Numbered from the stretch's first letter, positions 8,448 through 17,802 are shown. The stretch: 32,089 nucleotides of DNA from a bacterium (GCA_046484135.1 JAWOBU010000028.1:1-32089); one strand, 5' to 3'. Program-made: numbers and translations. Notes: generated by a model from the sequence alone, not told the origin.

Positions 8448-9611
8448 ATGAAGAGTATAAGGAAAGAGTTCTGGCTCTGTTTCGGCGTGGCGGTGTTTGT
8501 CTGCGGTGTTCTGCTGGCCGGTCTTCCGCTGGTGGCGGGCACCGACTCGGAGGACTTCCTGGTGCTGGGAGGGGTGGACCCGGACGACCCCCAGCTTCTG
8601 GTTACCGTCGAGTACATGACTTTCGACCGGCTGATGGAGCCCGAGGTCATGGCGCTGGCCAAGCGGCACAACCTGCTGGTGGCCCCCAACATCCGGGCCC
8701 ATTACCTGAATGACAAGCTGGACGAGTTCCTGACGGCGTACAGGGAGGCCGGCATCCAGGTGGTTTTCTGGCCGCTTTTGCCGCGGGAAGAGTGTCTTTA
8801 TCTTAACGAGAAGCACGCCGAGGACTACCTTGATCACCTGGACAAGATTTACGGGTGGGCGGATGAGCACGGGCACAAGGTCGAGGCCCTGGTGGTTGAC
8901 ATCGAGCCTCCCAACTGCCAGGAAGGCACGGACCGGGCGCCTGAAGATCGCGAGAAAGAAGGCGGCGCCCAAGAAGACCTGGGCCAGATCTGGGACATGA
9001 TGGACAAGGAGGAGTTCGAGGAGGCCCTGCCCAAGTTCAAAAAGGTCCTGGCCAAGCTCCATGAACACGACACCGTGGCCATCAGCACCGCCATGGATTA
9101 CGCCGCGGTGGACCTGGTTACCAAAAAGCCGGTTGCCCAGGACATTGCCGGGGGTCCGGCTTTGTTCGTGGACTGGGACTACGTCTCCTTCATGAACTTC
9201 GGCTCCCAGAACACCGCTTTTTTAAAGGACCTGTTCAACGAAATGGGCATGGAATGGGACGTGCACGACACCCGGTATCTTTCCTACCTCATCTGCAAGA
9301 CCATAGCCAAGGAGTACGGCAACCGTGCGGCCATCAGCCTGGGCCAGACCATTCCCGGCGAAGGCCACGGCGCGGTATGGGAGGACCCCGCCGAGCTCGG
9401 AAAGGACGCGGCAGCCTGCAAGGCCGCCGGCATCGTCCATTTCGGAATCTACGACTTCGAGGGGATAGTCGAGGCTGAGGACCCGGACGCCTGGCTCAAC
9501 GCGGTCAAGAACGCCGAGCCGAAAAAGCCGGACTACTCGATAAAAGCGGCCACTTTGTGGAACCTGCTCAAGACGGCCTCCATGTACGGCGCCGTAAAAA
9601 GGGCCTTGTAG
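8448..9611 (+). CDS. Secreted hypothetical protein, possibly a glycoside-hydrolase-like TIM barrel
   Basis: GGGAGG SD, signal-peptide-like N-terminus, alternating beta/alpha pattern with LVVDIEPP, WDYVSFMNF and FGIYDFEG. The fold is inferred. Confidence 0.7.
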   Translation: MKSIRKEFWLCFGVAVFVCGVLLAGLPLVAGTDSEDFLVLGGVDPDDPQLLVTVEYMTFDRLMEPEVMALAKRHNLLVAPNIRAHYLNDKLDEFLTAYREAGIQVVFWPLLPREECLYLNEKHAEDYLDHLDKIYGWADEHGHKVEALVVDIEPPNCQEGTDRAPEDREKEGGAQEDLGQIWDMMDKEEFEEALPKFKKVLAKLHEHDTVAISTAMDYAAVDLVTKKPVAQDIAGGPALFVDWDYVSFMNFGSQNTAFLKDLFNEMGMEWDVHDTRYLSYLICKTIAKEYGNRAAISLGQTIPGEGHGAVWEDPAELGKDAAACKAAGIVHFGIYDFEGIVEAEDPDAWLNAVKNAEPKKPDYSIKAATLWNLLKTASMYGAVKRAL

Positions 9612-9679
9612 GCGACCGGGAAGGCCAAACCGGCGTCTGAGGTGGACGGAGGGTTAAAAAGGCTTAAGATGATATTGAC

Positions 9680-10495
9680 ATGGAAGGACTGAAGCTTTTT
9701 CATTACTCCGGTCTGTCCTACTTGTTCGCCTTTATTGCAGGGGCTTCAATAGGCAGTTTTTTAAACGTGGTCATTCACCGGTGGCCCCGCGAGGAGTCGC
9801 TGGTAAACCCGGGCAGTCATTGTCCCTCGTGTTCGAGGCCCATCCCGTGGTACTGGAACCTGCCGGTAATAAGCTGGCTGGCGCTGCGCGGCAAGTGTCG
9901 TTTTTGCGGGGCCCGCATTCCCGTACGATATCTTCTGGTCGAGCTTGCCGGGGGTTTGTGGGCGGTGTTGTGCCTGTGGCGCTTCGGGCCTTCCGTCCCC
10001 GCCCTGGCCGGGTTCGCATTCGGCGCGGCCCTGCTGGCGGGAAGCGCGATAGACCTCGTCCACCGACTGCTGCCGGACACCACCACCCTGGGACTGGTGC
10101 CCCTGGGCCTGGTGATGGCGCTCCTGCCGGAATCGTGGACCCAAGGCTGGGAAGTGAACTGGTACGAGTCGCTGTTGGGCATGGCGGGCGGCAGCGCCCT
10201 CTTTCTGTTCGTGCTGCTGGCCTTCGAGGTCTTGACCGGCAAGGAAGGGATGGGCATGGGGGACGTCAAGTTAATGGCGGGAGTGGGAGCGTGCCTCGGT
10301 TACATGTCCCTTCCCCTCATCATAATGTTTGCCGGCCTGGCGGGTATTGCGGCCTGGCTTTTGCTCTTTCTGGCAGGCAAAGCCGGCCGCGAGTTCCAGA
10401 TGCCCTTCGGTCCCTTTATCAGCGCCGCGGCAGTGGCAGTGCTCCTTTTATGGCCGCTCCTTGAAAAGCACATGCTGATATATCACTTTATTTAA
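9680..10495 (+). CDS. pilD: Prepilin peptidase / N-methyltransferase
   Basis: GSFLNVVIHRWP, two CxxC (CPSC, CRFC), catalytic Asp motifs (AID, GMGDVKL), PFGPF. Confidence 0.95.
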   Translation: MEGLKLFHYSGLSYLFAFIAGASIGSFLNVVIHRWPREESLVNPGSHCPSCSRPIPWYWNLPVISWLALRGKCRFCGARIPVRYLLVELAGGLWAVLCLWRFGPSVPALAGFAFGAALLAGSAIDLVHRLLPDTTTLGLVPLGLVMALLPESWTQGWEVNWYESLLGMAGGSALFLFVLLAFEVLTGKEGMGMGDVKLMAGVGACLGYMSLPLIIMFAGLAGIAAWLLLFLAGKAGREFQMPFGPFISAAAVAVLLLWPLLEKHMLIYHFI

Positions 10496-10526
10496 TAAGG
10501 GGATTTTATCTTTTGGAGAGCTGACG

Positions 10527-11747
10527 GTGGCCAAAAAAACCAGCAGAGAAAATCTTTCGCCTGAGCACGAAGAAAGCTCCCGGCCGGGGAACGAGAGCAA
10601 GAACGACTTTCCCGGAGGGGAAGACAAGCATACCTCCGGCCTGATGGCCGAGGTGGTCGTCAGCATGAGCGTGCTCATGCTGGGCGCGATCGTGCTCATT
10701 ACCGTCATGGTCTCTATCCTCCATACGGTGTGGCCTCCTGATTACTTCCGCCGTTACGGCGTTTTTATCATCATTCCCTACATCCTGATTTTCGCTGTTA
10801 CCGTAGCTTTTTTCGGCTGGAGGGTGTTAAACAAGCAGGTGATAAAACCTCTTAATTCGCTCCTTGCCGCCACGGAGAAGGTTGGGCGGGGTGAGTTCGA
10901 TCACCGGGTCGAGGTCTCCCGAAACCGGGAGATGGAAAGGCTGGCCCGGGCCTTTAACCACATGACCGGCCGGCTTGCCGAGAACCGGCGGGAGCTCCAG
11001 GACAACATTGCCGAGTTGCAAAGGGTGAACGAGAACCTCGAGCAGACGCGGTGGGAACTGTTGGCCTCGGAAAAGCTGGCCTCCATAGGAAGACTGGCCG
11101 CGGGAGTGGCGCACGAGATCGGAAACCCGCTGGCCTCCATTAACGGATACATGCAGATACTTCTTCGCCGCGATTACCTGGACGACAACGACCGCGAGAT
11201 ACTGGACCGGGTGCTCGCCGAGGTCCGGAGAATGGACGGTATCATAAACGAGCTCCTCGATTACAGCCGGCCCCAGGAACAGGAAGCGGCAAGGGTTGAC
11301 CTGAACGAGCTGTTGGACTCTTCCCTCACCCTGGTCAGCGCCCAGAAAGGTTTTGACAGGATAAAGCTGTCCGTGGAAAAAGGCGACATACCCGAGGTGA
11401 AGGCCAACCGCAACTCTATCCAGCAGCTTATCATGAACCTGGTCATGAACGCGGTCCATGCCATGGCCGAGGGAGGCGAGCTCGGGCTTTCCACCCGCCG
11501 GCGGGAGAACAACGGCAGGCCGGGGGTCGAGCTTTCGGTAAGCGACACCGGTCCCGGCATTGCGCGGGAAAACCTCGAGCGGGTTTTCGATCCTTTTTTC
11601 ACCACCAAGGAGCCGGGCGAGGGCACCGGCCTGGGTCTGTCTATTTGCATGCGCATAGCGGAAGACAACCGGGCCCGGCTGTGGGTGGAAAGCTCGCCCG
11701 GCGAAGGCGCGGTCTTCCGGGTGTGGTTCCCGGCGCCGGCCGGATAA
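10527..11747 (+). CDS. HAMP-domain sensor histidine kinase (PilS-like); start uncertain
   Basis: Two TM helices, HAMP domain, H-box GVAHEIGNPL, N-box NLVMNA, G1 DTGPGI, F-box FDPFFTTK, G2 GTGLGL. Confidence 0.93.
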   Translation: MAKKTSRENLSPEHEESSRPGNESKNDFPGGEDKHTSGLMAEVVVSMSVLMLGAIVLITVMVSILHTVWPPDYFRRYGVFIIIPYILIFAVTVAFFGWRVLNKQVIKPLNSLLAATEKVGRGEFDHRVEVSRNREMERLARAFNHMTGRLAENRRELQDNIAELQRVNENLEQTRWELLASEKLASIGRLAAGVAHEIGNPLASINGYMQILLRRDYLDDNDREILDRVLAEVRRMDGIINELLDYSRPQEQEAARVDLNELLDSSLTLVSAQKGFDRIKLSVEKGDIPEVKANRNSIQQLIMNLVMNAVHAMAEGGELGLSTRRRENNGRPGVELSVSDTGPGIARENLERVFDPFFTTKEPGEGTGLGLSICMRIAEDNRARLWVESSPGEGAVFRVWFPAPAG

Positions 11748-11813
11748 AAAGCAGTGAAACCGAAAAATGAATCTTTCTCCCTGATGGAATGAATCTGAAA
11801 TAAGGGGATATGA

Positions 11814-13178
11814 ATGGCCCGCAAGATACTGGTAGTGGACGACGAAGACAACATGCGGCACATGCTGGAGGTTCTTCTGCAGGAAGAAGGCTACGAGGTC
11901 TGGAGCGCGAAGGACGGCGAGAAGGCCCTGCAAGAGCTGGAGGAGGACACCTTTGACTTCGTGGTCTGCGATGTGAGAATGCCGAAAGTAGACGGGCCGG
12001 CCCTGCTGGACAAGATGAAAAAGCGCGGTCTCAGCTCCACCGTCATCATGATGAGCGCCTACGGTAACATTGACACCGCCATCGAGACCATGAAAAAAGG
12101 GGCCTATGACTACATCCCCAAGCCCTTCCGCACGGACGAGATCATCCTTACCCTCCGGAAGGCGGAAGAGCGGGAAAAGCTGCAACGGGAGAACGTGATC
12201 CTCCGCCGGGCGGTGGCCACCGAGTACTCCCTGGAGAACATCATCACCAGAAACCCCAAGATGATAGAGATACTCGACACCATCAAGAAGGTGGGGCCTT
12301 ACAAAAGCACCATCCTGGTCACCGGCGAGTCCGGGACCGGCAAGGAGCTCATCGCCAAGGCCATCCACTACTCCAGCAACCGACAGGAAGGGCCGTTCAT
12401 CCCGATCAACTGCGGGGCCATACCCGAGCAGCTTCTGGAGTCGGAGCTGTTCGGCCATGTAAAAGGCGCTTTTACCGACGCCGTGTCCACCAAGCGGGGC
12501 CTGTTCGAGGAAGCCACCGACGGCACCATCTACCTGGACGAGATAGGAGAGATACCGCTTTCGCTCCAGGTGAAGCTGCTCCGGGTGCTGGAGGAAGAGC
12601 AAATCCGCCGGGTGGGAGACACGCAGCAGATACCGGTGAACGTAAGAATCGTGGCCTCGACCCTCCGCGACCTGAACGAGGACGTAAAGCAAGGCAGGTT
12701 CCGGGCCGACCTGTTCTACCGGCTCAACGTGATGAACATCCATATCCCTCCCTTGCGGGAGAGGGCCGAGGACATTCCTCTCCTGGTGGACAGGTTCATA
12801 AAGGCCAACAACGAATCCATGGGAAAACAGATACAAGGGGTTACAAGCGATGTCATGGAGGTCCTGCTCGCCTATCCCTGGGATGGAAACGTAAGAGAGC
12901 TGGAAAACGCCATGGAGCGGGCCATGACCCTGGCGGAAGGAAGCCACATCACCCGCAAAGATTTGCCTCCCTACCTCGTGCAGCAGGAAAGCGAAGGGAC
13001 TCTCACCATACCCGACAACGAGCTCAGCATTAAAAAGGTGAGTCGGCAGGTGGAAGAAGCCCTTATAAGACGGGCCCTCACCAAGACCGGGGGAAACCGC
13101 ACCAAGGCCGCCAAGATACTGGAAATAAGCCACCGGGCCCTCCTGTACAAGATAAAGGATTACGGGATCGAGAGTTGA
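11814..13178 (+). CDS. Sigma54-dependent response regulator (NtrC/PilR-like: receiver, AAA+, Fis-type HTH)
   Basis: ILVVDDE, DVRMP phosphoacceptor, GESGTGKE Walker A, ESELFGH-x-KGAFTDA, LFYRLNV, WDGNVRELEN, GNRTKAAKILEIS. Confidence 0.95.
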   Translation: MARKILVVDDEDNMRHMLEVLLQEEGYEVWSAKDGEKALQELEEDTFDFVVCDVRMPKVDGPALLDKMKKRGLSSTVIMMSAYGNIDTAIETMKKGAYDYIPKPFRTDEIILTLRKAEEREKLQRENVILRRAVATEYSLENIITRNPKMIEILDTIKKVGPYKSTILVTGESGTGKELIAKAIHYSSNRQEGPFIPINCGAIPEQLLESELFGHVKGAFTDAVSTKRGLFEEATDGTIYLDEIGEIPLSLQVKLLRVLEEEQIRRVGDTQQIPVNVRIVASTLRDLNEDVKQGRFRADLFYRLNVMNIHIPPLRERAEDIPLLVDRFIKANNESMGKQIQGVTSDVMEVLLAYPWDGNVRELENAMERAMTLAEGSHITRKDLPPYLVQQESEGTLTIPDNELSIKKVSRQVEEALIRRALTKTGGNRTKAAKILEISHRALLYKIKDYGIES

Positions 13179-13238
13179 CCCCCCTCGCCGCCCCCCTTCG
13201 CAAGGCATGGGCAAATCGAAAAAACATGTCAACCCCGG

Positions 13239-13343
13239 TGCAAAAAGTGCAAGGAAAAAGCAGGGGCCTCCATTCTGCGGACGGAATAATTGCCTGATTT
13301 TAAATCCTTTATCTCTCACCCACCTTCTGGCATGAAAAATGCT
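13239..13343 (+). promoter_or_regulatory. Sigma54 promoter with IHF site and candidate enhancer
   Basis: -24/-12 element TGGCATGAAAAATGCT (13328-13343) with exact GG-N10-GC spacing. IHF consensus WATCARN4TTR on the minus strand (AATCAGGCAATTA, 13287-13299). TGCA-N5-TGCA palindrome at 13239-13251. Confidence 0.75.
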
Positions 13344-13446
13344 GAATATTTGGATAGAGAAATAAACCGTGATATGATAATATTAATAGTGAAAAGCGCG
13401 GACATTACCGCGTGAGGGCGGGCAGCTACAGACAAAGGAGCAGGAT

Positions 13447-14103
13447 ATGCGCTTAAGCAGAAGAAAGAAAAACCAGGGATTCACCTTAGTGGAGATGCTG
13501 ATCGTTCTCGCTATCATGGGGCTCGTGAGTGCCATCGGTGTTTATACCTACTTAAGCCAGATTGATAAGATCAACTTAAGAAACGACGCCCGGGCCTTGA
13601 ACTCCGCCCTGCAACTGGCCAAGATGAGGGCCATGAGCACCGGCTTCCCCCATGGAGTGGCTTTCCAGAGAGGGGACCCCGACTCGGCCGACAATCAAGG
13701 AAAGTACATGGTGTTCCTGGATTGCGACGGGGACGGAGAGTTCGACGACACCGACGCCAACCTGACTAATAACTCCCCCATATCCTCTCCCGATGCCTGC
13801 TCCGGCATGAACATAGACCCGCGCATGGAAGGACAAAGCGTAGAGCAACTAAGCAAGGACATCTACTTCACCACTATCCTGGGCTCCAAGGCCCCACCCT
13901 CCGGCGGCGACCTGGAGTCCATCGTGTTCGATTTTCTGGGACACGGCATGCAGGGCCAGTCCATTGTTACCGGAGACATCCTTATTCAGAACCAGGCCCT
14001 CCAGGGCGGAAAAGTGGATTCCTCAGGCGTCCATATCGTGGGGGGCACGGGAAACACGGACTTGATCCTCATGAGACGGGTGGATAAAGACGACTGGAAG
14101 TAG
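13447..14103 (+). CDS. Type IV minor pilin / pseudopilin (FimT/FimU/GspH-like)
   Basis: Class III signal peptide KKNQG|FTLVEMLIVLAIMG with Glu at +5. LNSALQLAKMRA helix typical of FimT/GspH. AAAGGAG SD. Confidence 0.88.
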   Translation: MRLSRRKKNQGFTLVEMLIVLAIMGLVSAIGVYTYLSQIDKINLRNDARALNSALQLAKMRAMSTGFPHGVAFQRGDPDSADNQGKYMVFLDCDGDGEFDDTDANLTNNSPISSPDACSGMNIDPRMEGQSVEQLSKDIYFTTILGSKAPPSGGDLESIVFDFLGHGMQGQSIVTGDILIQNQALQGGKVDSSGVHIVGGTGNTDLILMRRVDKDDWK

Positions 14104-14135
14104 TATCCGTAAATTCACCGCTGTAGTTTTTCTTA

Positions 14136-14933
14136 CTACAACCGGTCCGCCATGCCGGGCGAAAGCCTGCCGAACACCAGCGCGCCGACTAGAAACGAAA
14201 TCGCGGTAAAGACAATAATGAGCGAGATGGTGGGGACCCACGGCCAGGTGCCCTCCAGTATGATGCTCCGGTACGCCCGCAGGAAATGGGCCATGGGGTT
14301 TAAGTAGACGATCAGCCGGAACCGGGGCGGCACCATGGATGCGGGATAAAAAACCGGGGTCGCGTAAAGCCAGACCAGCAGAAGCACCGGCAGAACGTGG
14401 ATCACGTCCCGGAGGTACACCGACACCGCGGAAAAGAAAAGGCAAAGGCCCCAGGTAAAAAGAAGCTGGAGCACAAGAAGCACGGGGAAGAAAAGAAGCG
14501 GCAAGCCCGGCGGGTGCACCAGGAAACCGGCCAGAAAAAAAAGGATCACAAAACCCGCCAACTGGCCCAGCAAGGCGGACAAGGCGGGAAAAGCCGGCAG
14601 GGCCGGCAGAGGAAAAAGCGCCCGGGTAACCAGGTTCTTGTTCTCCAGCACCACACTGCCGGAGCGGCCCACCCCGTCCGCCAGCGCCAGCCACGGAAGA
14701 ATCCCGCAAAGGATGTAAAGCGAGCTTATGCCTACGCTCACGTCCTCGCCGAACTTGGCCTTGAAAACCACCGCAAAGATAAAAGTGAACACCGCAAGGA
14801 GAAGCAGGGGGTTTATCACCGTCCAGAAAAGACCCATGAGACTCCCCGCGTACTTGCCGCGCAAGTCCCGGAGCGTCATCTGCCAGAGCAGTCGCCGGTG
14901 GGAAAAAAGCGAAACTAAAGCAGTGAGTCGCAT
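14136..14933 (-). CDS. ABC-2 type polysaccharide export permease (Wzm/RfbA-like)
   Basis: RDLRGKYAGSLMGLFWTVINPLL, YLRDVIH, LYATPVFYP, LNPMAHFLRAYR; multiple TM helices. Confidence 0.9.
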   Translation of the reverse strand: MRLTALVSLFSHRRLLWQMTLRDLRGKYAGSLMGLFWTVINPLLLLAVFTFIFAVVFKAKFGEDVSVGISSLYILCGILPWLALADGVGRSGSVVLENKNLVTRALFPLPALPAFPALSALLGQLAGFVILFFLAGFLVHPPGLPLLFFPVLLVLQLLFTWGLCLFFSAVSVYLRDVIHVLPVLLLVWLYATPVFYPASMVPPRFRLIVYLNPMAHFLRAYRSIILEGTWPWVPTISLIIVFTAISFLVGALVFGRLSPGMADRL

Positions 14934-14978
14934 GAGCTACAGTTTATGATGACAGACGGCGGTCTGCAATCCGCTCCA

Positions 14979-17069
14979 TCATTTCGATTTCTTCCTTCCT
15001 TCTTCCGAAGGCGGGGCCTCAGGAAACAGCAGCGCCGGAGTGGTAAGCTTGATGAGCTCTTCCCTGTTTACGTCGCTCAACATCTCAAGCCCCATCTGGT
15101 AGGACGCGTTCATCCAGCCGAAGCCTTCCCTGGTGATGTAGTCGAACTCGGTGCCCACGTTGCCGTACTCGGCGAAAACCTGGTGGGAGCGGGTAAAGAC
15201 GTTGAACTTCTCCGGTATGGTCCCGTTGTAATCGCGGGCGTTTTTGGTGATGGTGTAGAGCCACTTGTAGCAAGTGCGCTGAGCCGCATCCTCCAGGCCG
15301 TAACGATCCATTGCGGACCAGGCGAGCATCTGGTGGGGAGGCCACCCGTAAGGATAGTCCCATTGCCGCGGCGGCCTGCCCTCTGAGACCGATCCCCGCG
15401 AAGATTGAGCGGAAGCAGCCAGTCCGCCGGGCTGTTCCAAATACTTAAGCGCGGAGTTCACTATCAGACGGGCCCGCGCCGGGCTTACCATGCCGGCCCA
15501 CACCGGGTAAAGAGTGGAGGCATAGATATAGTCGGACCTTTGCTCGTTCCGGAAGTCGTAATCAAAGTACATGCCCTTTTCAGCGTCCCACATGAGCTTG
15601 TTCATGAGCCTCTTTCGCTCGCGCGCCTTCTCGCGCCACTTCTCCGGCGTCTCCTTCCCAAACTCGCTCTTCAAACTGCCGCCCAGCTCTTCTTCAATGG
15701 TCCGGGCTATGTCCATCTCCATCTTGTAAAGCAGGGCGTTCAGGTCCACCGGGTTGAAGTCAGCGCACCGTCCCGCGAACCGGTAGGTGGTGTCGTTGCC
15801 GGACTCCCGGACTGCGCGGTCATGAACAAAAAACCGGTCAAGTGACGGGTCCTTGTACTTGCCCGACTTATAGCCCGCGAGGTACTCGGCGGGAGAGACG
15901 CCCTGCGCGTCCGCCCGCGGCTTGATCACCGGGTCGTAATGACCGGACTCGACCTCGACGCACGGACCCTCGCCCTCGCCGTAATAGCGGGACAGCCCGG
16001 TATCAGTAAGTCTGGGCTCAGAGGTCCACACCCGGTTGTGCTCCTTGATCGCCGCTTTCATAACGTCCGCCAGCCACTCCTTGTCCTGTTTGTTTTTGTC
16101 CGTCTTCTCGTACACGGCCAGAGCCATGGAGGTCAAAAACGGCGGTTGCGAGCGGGTCAGGTAATAAGACCGGTTGGCGTTCAGGATTTTCCCGTAATGT
16201 TCGATCTCGTACACGTGATTGTTCACCATGGCCCGGGCCAGGTCCGTCCTGCCGTCCACCAGCAGACCAAGGGCCTCGAAGTAACAGTCCCAGCCGTACA
16301 TCTCGTTGAACCTGCCGCCGGGCGCTACAAAAGGCGCGCCCCCGACCGTGTCCCCCTCCTGCACCAGCTTCAAGGAAAGGATGCCGTGCCTGCCGTCCCT
16401 GCTTCGCACGTAATCCCCGGTTATATTCTCCGGCAGACGCGCCACCTTCATTTTCCAGTCCGGGTGCTTATCGGCAAGTCCCTCGAAGTACTCCAGGGAA
16501 AAGGTATCGCTGTGCGGCACGTACACGTAGTTGTAAGGGTCCTCGGACTCCACCTTGGGGTCCTCGAACATGCGGGGCAGGTACTCTTCGTCCACCCCCC
16601 TGGTCAGCTCGTCCCAGTAGACCTCCCGGATCAGGCGCGAGGTCCGATGCACCGGGTTCTCGTAGATGACATCCGGGGTGATGCCAGCAAACTCTTTCCC
16701 CTCTTCCCGCGCCATGCTGAGCTCCTGGAGCAGGATGGAAAGCTGATAGGTACCGGTGATCTTGTACTGGTTGCCTTGCCGGTCCCCGAACATGAACTCC
16801 CGGTCGCCCCGTTTGCCCTGCCCTTCCCTTTTGTCCTCCACCGTGATCTTCTTGTCCCCGTCCGTGTCCTCTTCCCGGAGCAAGGAATTCCAGGTCTCTT
16901 CCACCGGCACAACTACCGGCTTCGAAATCCGGTTTACGGAAGACCGGGAAGACGGGTGCGGAGCATTCTCCGGAGAAACAACGGCAACATACACGCTAAT
17001 CCCGCTCAGGACCACCACGGCAGCCACCAACAGAGGAGTCACATACTTCTTAACGCTCTCATCCTTCAT
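14979..17069 (-). CDS. Alpha,alpha-trehalase (GH37), Nth1-like with EF-hand Ca-binding domain and N-terminal membrane anchor or signal
   Basis: EDTDGDKKITVED EF-hand-like motif, PGGRFNEMYGWD, NANRSYYLTRSQPPFL, RESGNDTTYR (catalytic acid region), QWDYPYGWPPHQ, AEYGN (catalytic base region), EGFGWMNAS. Confidence 0.93.
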   Translation of the reverse strand: MKDESVKKYVTPLLVAAVVVLSGISVYVAVVSPENAPHPSSRSSVNRISKPVVVPVEETWNSLLREEDTDGDKKITVEDKREGQGKRGDREFMFGDRQGNQYKITGTYQLSILLQELSMAREEGKEFAGITPDVIYENPVHRTSRLIREVYWDELTRGVDEEYLPRMFEDPKVESEDPYNYVYVPHSDTFSLEYFEGLADKHPDWKMKVARLPENITGDYVRSRDGRHGILSLKLVQEGDTVGGAPFVAPGGRFNEMYGWDCYFEALGLLVDGRTDLARAMVNNHVYEIEHYGKILNANRSYYLTRSQPPFLTSMALAVYEKTDKNKQDKEWLADVMKAAIKEHNRVWTSEPRLTDTGLSRYYGEGEGPCVEVESGHYDPVIKPRADAQGVSPAEYLAGYKSGKYKDPSLDRFFVHDRAVRESGNDTTYRFAGRCADFNPVDLNALLYKMEMDIARTIEEELGGSLKSEFGKETPEKWREKARERKRLMNKLMWDAEKGMYFDYDFRNEQRSDYIYASTLYPVWAGMVSPARARLIVNSALKYLEQPGGLAASAQSSRGSVSEGRPPRQWDYPYGWPPHQMLAWSAMDRYGLEDAAQRTCYKWLYTITKNARDYNGTIPEKFNVFTRSHQVFAEYGNVGTEFDYITREGFGWMNASYQMGLEMLSDVNREELIKLTTPALLFPEAPPSEEGRKKSK

Positions 17070-17360
17070 CTTTTGCCTCTCATGAACTTCTCTTGATCAC
17101 AGCCCCTCGCGGTAAGGGCCGCCCGGTCTTACTTTTTCACCCGCCTTGCGAGAGAGCTTTGAGTAAGAGACGCACGCACCGCGGCGCGAACGTCTAACGT
17201 CTTCTATCTCCTCGCTGCAAAGCTCCTGCCGCACCCGATACATGGAAGGCAAGCAAAGACCCATGACCATCTTTTTATCACTTGCGAAAACAGTGCGCAA
17301 CCACGGATGAAAGGAGGAATCTGAAAGAAGGATCAGCGGCATGTTCACGTTCTGTTGCCG

Positions 17361-17389
17361 TTGACATGGTTGAGCCGGGTTGGTACTGT
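17361..17389 (+). promoter_or_regulatory. Putative sigma70 promoter of the MoaD/ThiS-like gene
   Basis: Perfect TTGACA, 17-nt spacer, TACTGT preceded by TG (extended -10). Confidence 0.6.
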
Positions 17390-17472
17390 CGGCCTTAATA
17401 AAACAGTGCCTCGCAGGTGGGCTTTTAAGATGACAGAACTTCCGGGACTGGAAAGAAGAAGTCGGCAATAAC

Positions 17473-17766
17473 ATGGACACAGATGCAGGCCGGGTCAAGG
17501 TGGTATTTTTTCACTTTCTTCACAATTACAGGAAGGAACGCGGCCAGAGCTCCGAGCTTGAGACAGAGGTCCCGGCAGCGGGTGTTACCTGCCGGACACT
17601 CCTCTCGCGCCTGGAGGTCCCCGCGGACATGGTGGAGGCCGCTTTTATAAACGGTGTGGCAGGCGGCCTGGACAAGACGGTCCGGCCGGGCGACCGGGTG
17701 GCTTTTGTACCGCCCGGCACTCCCGGCCCCTACCGGGTTCTCCTGGGAATGCGGGAGAAGGCCTGA
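17473..17766 (+). CDS. MoaD/ThiS-like beta-grasp protein lacking a terminal Gly-Gly
   Basis: VKVVFFHFL...TCRTLLSRLEVP...AFING...VRPGDRVAFVPP pattern of ubiquitin-like sulfur carriers. Ends PPGTPGPYRVLLGMREKA. Confidence 0.8.
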   Translation: MDTDAGRVKVVFFHFLHNYRKERGQSSELETEVPAAGVTCRTLLSRLEVPADMVEAAFINGVAGGLDKTVRPGDRVAFVPPGTPGPYRVLLGMREKA

Positions 17767-17802
17767 GCCGCAAAAGATGCAAAGTCTCAGCCACTCCGCC
17801 TC

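Noticed and set aside
10827..13319. 830-aa minus-strand ORF
   Set aside because: Antisense shadow of the kinase and sigma54 regulator, typical of GC-rich coding DNA. The same applies to other long antisense ORFs (15939-17096, 23116-24327, 26480-27769, 30267-31514).
17390..17472. Moco/Tuco riboswitch in the leader of the MoaD-like gene
   Set aside because: The leader is only about 80 nt and I could not find the conserved multi-stem pattern; an Infernal/Rfam scan would settle it.
17097..17498. 133-aa minus-strand ORF upstream of the trehalase
   Set aside because: No recognisable motif or SD, and it overlaps the promoter and start of the MoaD-like gene. A shorter peptide in 17097-17270 cannot be excluded.
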